Assembly: GCA_002423485.1 (NCBI GenBank)
Contig: DIWH01000011.1
Location: forward strand, 72,667-136,666
Direction: 5' to 3'
DNA length: 64,000 bases
Source: Candidatus Xenobium occultum
GTDB lineage: Bacteria; Vulcanimicrobiota; Xenobia; Xenobiales; Xenobiaceae
Of this stretch, positions 62,784 through 64,000 are shown one piece after another. The notes beneath the pieces were generated by a model. That model saw only the letters and a list, made by a program, of their open reading frames with translations. It did not search any database and was not told the origin of the DNA. A program made the position numbers and the translations under genes. Position 1 is the stretch's first letter; the number at the start of each line of letters is the position of its first letter.

Positions 62784-62953
62784 TCAGCCGACCTTCCCTC
62801 TAGAACACGTTTCTGGAGCCCTCCCCCGTACCGTGAAGGACGTTCTACGGATTCGTCCAGCAATCCTGGAATTCAGGAGAGAAGGCGGAGTGGGAAGGGT
62901 GCTTGGACTTCCTGAAGGTGTCCGGTGAATCTTTTCGATGGGGACCCGACGGT

Positions 62954-63922
62954 TCAATGCAGCAACTCGCGGTCCAGCCTCCGCAGACAGGCCTCGACGG
63001 TCCGGCCCACGGCCTCCAGGCTGGAGGCGCTGACCTTGTCCAGGGTGTCCTGGGGGGTATGCCAATAGGAAGGCACGACCCCTTCCGGCGAGGTGGCGAA
63101 ACCGATCACGTTGAGTGCCGGAATGCCGGCCATGAGGAAGGGGACGTGATCATCCTCCACGCCCTGCTCAGGACCCGAAAAGAGCCGAGAATGGCCCAGG
63201 CGGGCCGCCTCCTCTCGAAGTCGGGCGCGCAGTTGGGGGTGGGAGTTGACCTCGTCGGTCACCTTCAGGTTGCGGTCACCGACCATGTCCAGGATGAAGA
63301 CGGCGGAGACCTTCCGGGCCAGGCCATTCTCGACCCAGGAGTCGACCAGGTGGGTGCTTCCGTACAGGCTGTCGTCCGGGCCCCATTCCACCAGGGCCTC
63401 CTCGCCGTCAAAGAAGGCCAGGGTCAGGGTGTGGCGCAGACGGTTTGAGTGAAAGACCCGAGCCAATTCCAGCAAGGCCGCCACACCGGAAGCACCATCG
63501 TTGGCTCCCAGGAACTCGAATTCCTCGAAGCGCTTGGTGTCCGCGTGGGCCCCCAGGACAAGCCTCCGCTCCGAGGCCCCCGGAAGGGTGGCCACCAGGT
63601 TGACCATGGGAACGGGCCCCAGGGGGGTCCGGGGCGTGAAGGGCTGCTCTTGAACCTGGAAGCCCAAGGCTTCCAGCTCGGTTCGCAGCCAGGAACGCAG
63701 GCGTCCGGAGGCCTCGCTTCCTGGGGGTCGGGGTCCCATCGAGACCTGGGTCCGCACGTGATCCAAAGCCCGCTCTCCCGAGAAACCCTCTTCAGGCTCC
63801 CCTCCCCGGCACCCGATCCCCATGGCCAGCATCACGACAATCCCCACGACAAGCTTGAACCTGGGCACAAACTCAGCTCTTCGCGCCGCCTGCTTCTCGA
63901 CCTTCACGCAACGAAGTGCCAC
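62954..63922 (-). CDS. M28-family zinc aminopeptidase-like protein, probable lipoprotein
   Basis: M28 metal-ligand context ...GANDGASGVAALLELARVF...FDGEE...; N-terminal hydrophobic signal ending MGIGC. Confidence 0.7.
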   Translation of the reverse strand: MALRCVKVEKQAARRAEFVPRFKLVVGIVVMLAMGIGCRGGEPEEGFSGERALDHVRTQVSMGPRPPGSEASGRLRSWLRTELEALGFQVQEQPFTPRTPLGPVPMVNLVATLPGASERRLVLGAHADTKRFEEFEFLGANDGASGVAALLELARVFHSNRLRHTLTLAFFDGEEALVEWGPDDSLYGSTHLVDSWVENGLARKVSAVFILDMVGDRNLKVTDEVNSHPQLRARLREEAARLGHSRLFSGPEQGVEDDHVPFLMAGIPALNVIGFATSPEGVVPSYWHTPQDTLDKVSASSLEAVGRTVEACLRRLDRELLH

Positions 63923-64000
63923 AGGTTCAGTTCCTGGGACGTCCCAGAACTTGAAGAGTGACAGCGCATGCGTTGGCCGCGACGCGCTCGTTGCCCCGCG

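Overview
Very GC-rich bacterial chromosomal segment (third codon positions are almost always G/C). The GC skew produces many long spurious antisense ORFs in the six-frame track. Coding density is high, and many adjacent genes have 1-4 nt stop/start overlaps (ATGA, GTGA, TTGA, TGATG), often with GTG or TTG starts. Housekeeping loci are a class II ribonucleotide reductase (nrdJ), a tRNA(CAT)-tilS-hpt-ftsH block, a CDF transporter, a Tat-exported beta-carbonic anhydrase, efp, a PanE-like reductase, an ABC ATPase, a CorC/HlyC-family protein, and four tRNAs: an unlinked Ile-Ala pair with its own promoter and terminator, tRNA-CAT, and tRNA-Leu(TAA). The accessory content is richer: (i) At the 5' edge, a translationally coupled operon runs from the C-terminal fragment of a MoxR-like AAA+ ATPase through two unknown proteins (538 and 702 aa, the second ending in a coiled coil) and a 62-aa ORF to a 2470-aa membrane-anchored repeat protein. 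This is the best candidate for an undescribed system. (ii) A response-regulator receiver fused to a Ser/Thr kinase is coupled to a PflX-like radical SAM enzyme. (iii) A small decayed integrative element sits at tRNA-Leu between 167-bp direct repeats, carrying a frameshifted integrase, hicAB, a terminase fragment and an IS3 OrfA stump. (iv) A second AAA+ module consists of a tandem AAA_5 ATPase plus an HExxH/vWA protein with a low-complexity linker containing a 12-bp tandem repeat. (v) A signalling cluster combines FHA, vWA, a pseudokinase-PP2C fusion, a Ser/Thr kinase and a LuxR-type regulator. Also present are two coupled paralogous HEYxHAW metallopeptidases, a zinc-ribbon rhomboid protease, a lytic transglycosylase, and a membrane protein with a duplicated Tim44-like/zinc-ribbon module. 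No rRNA or CRISPR array is present.
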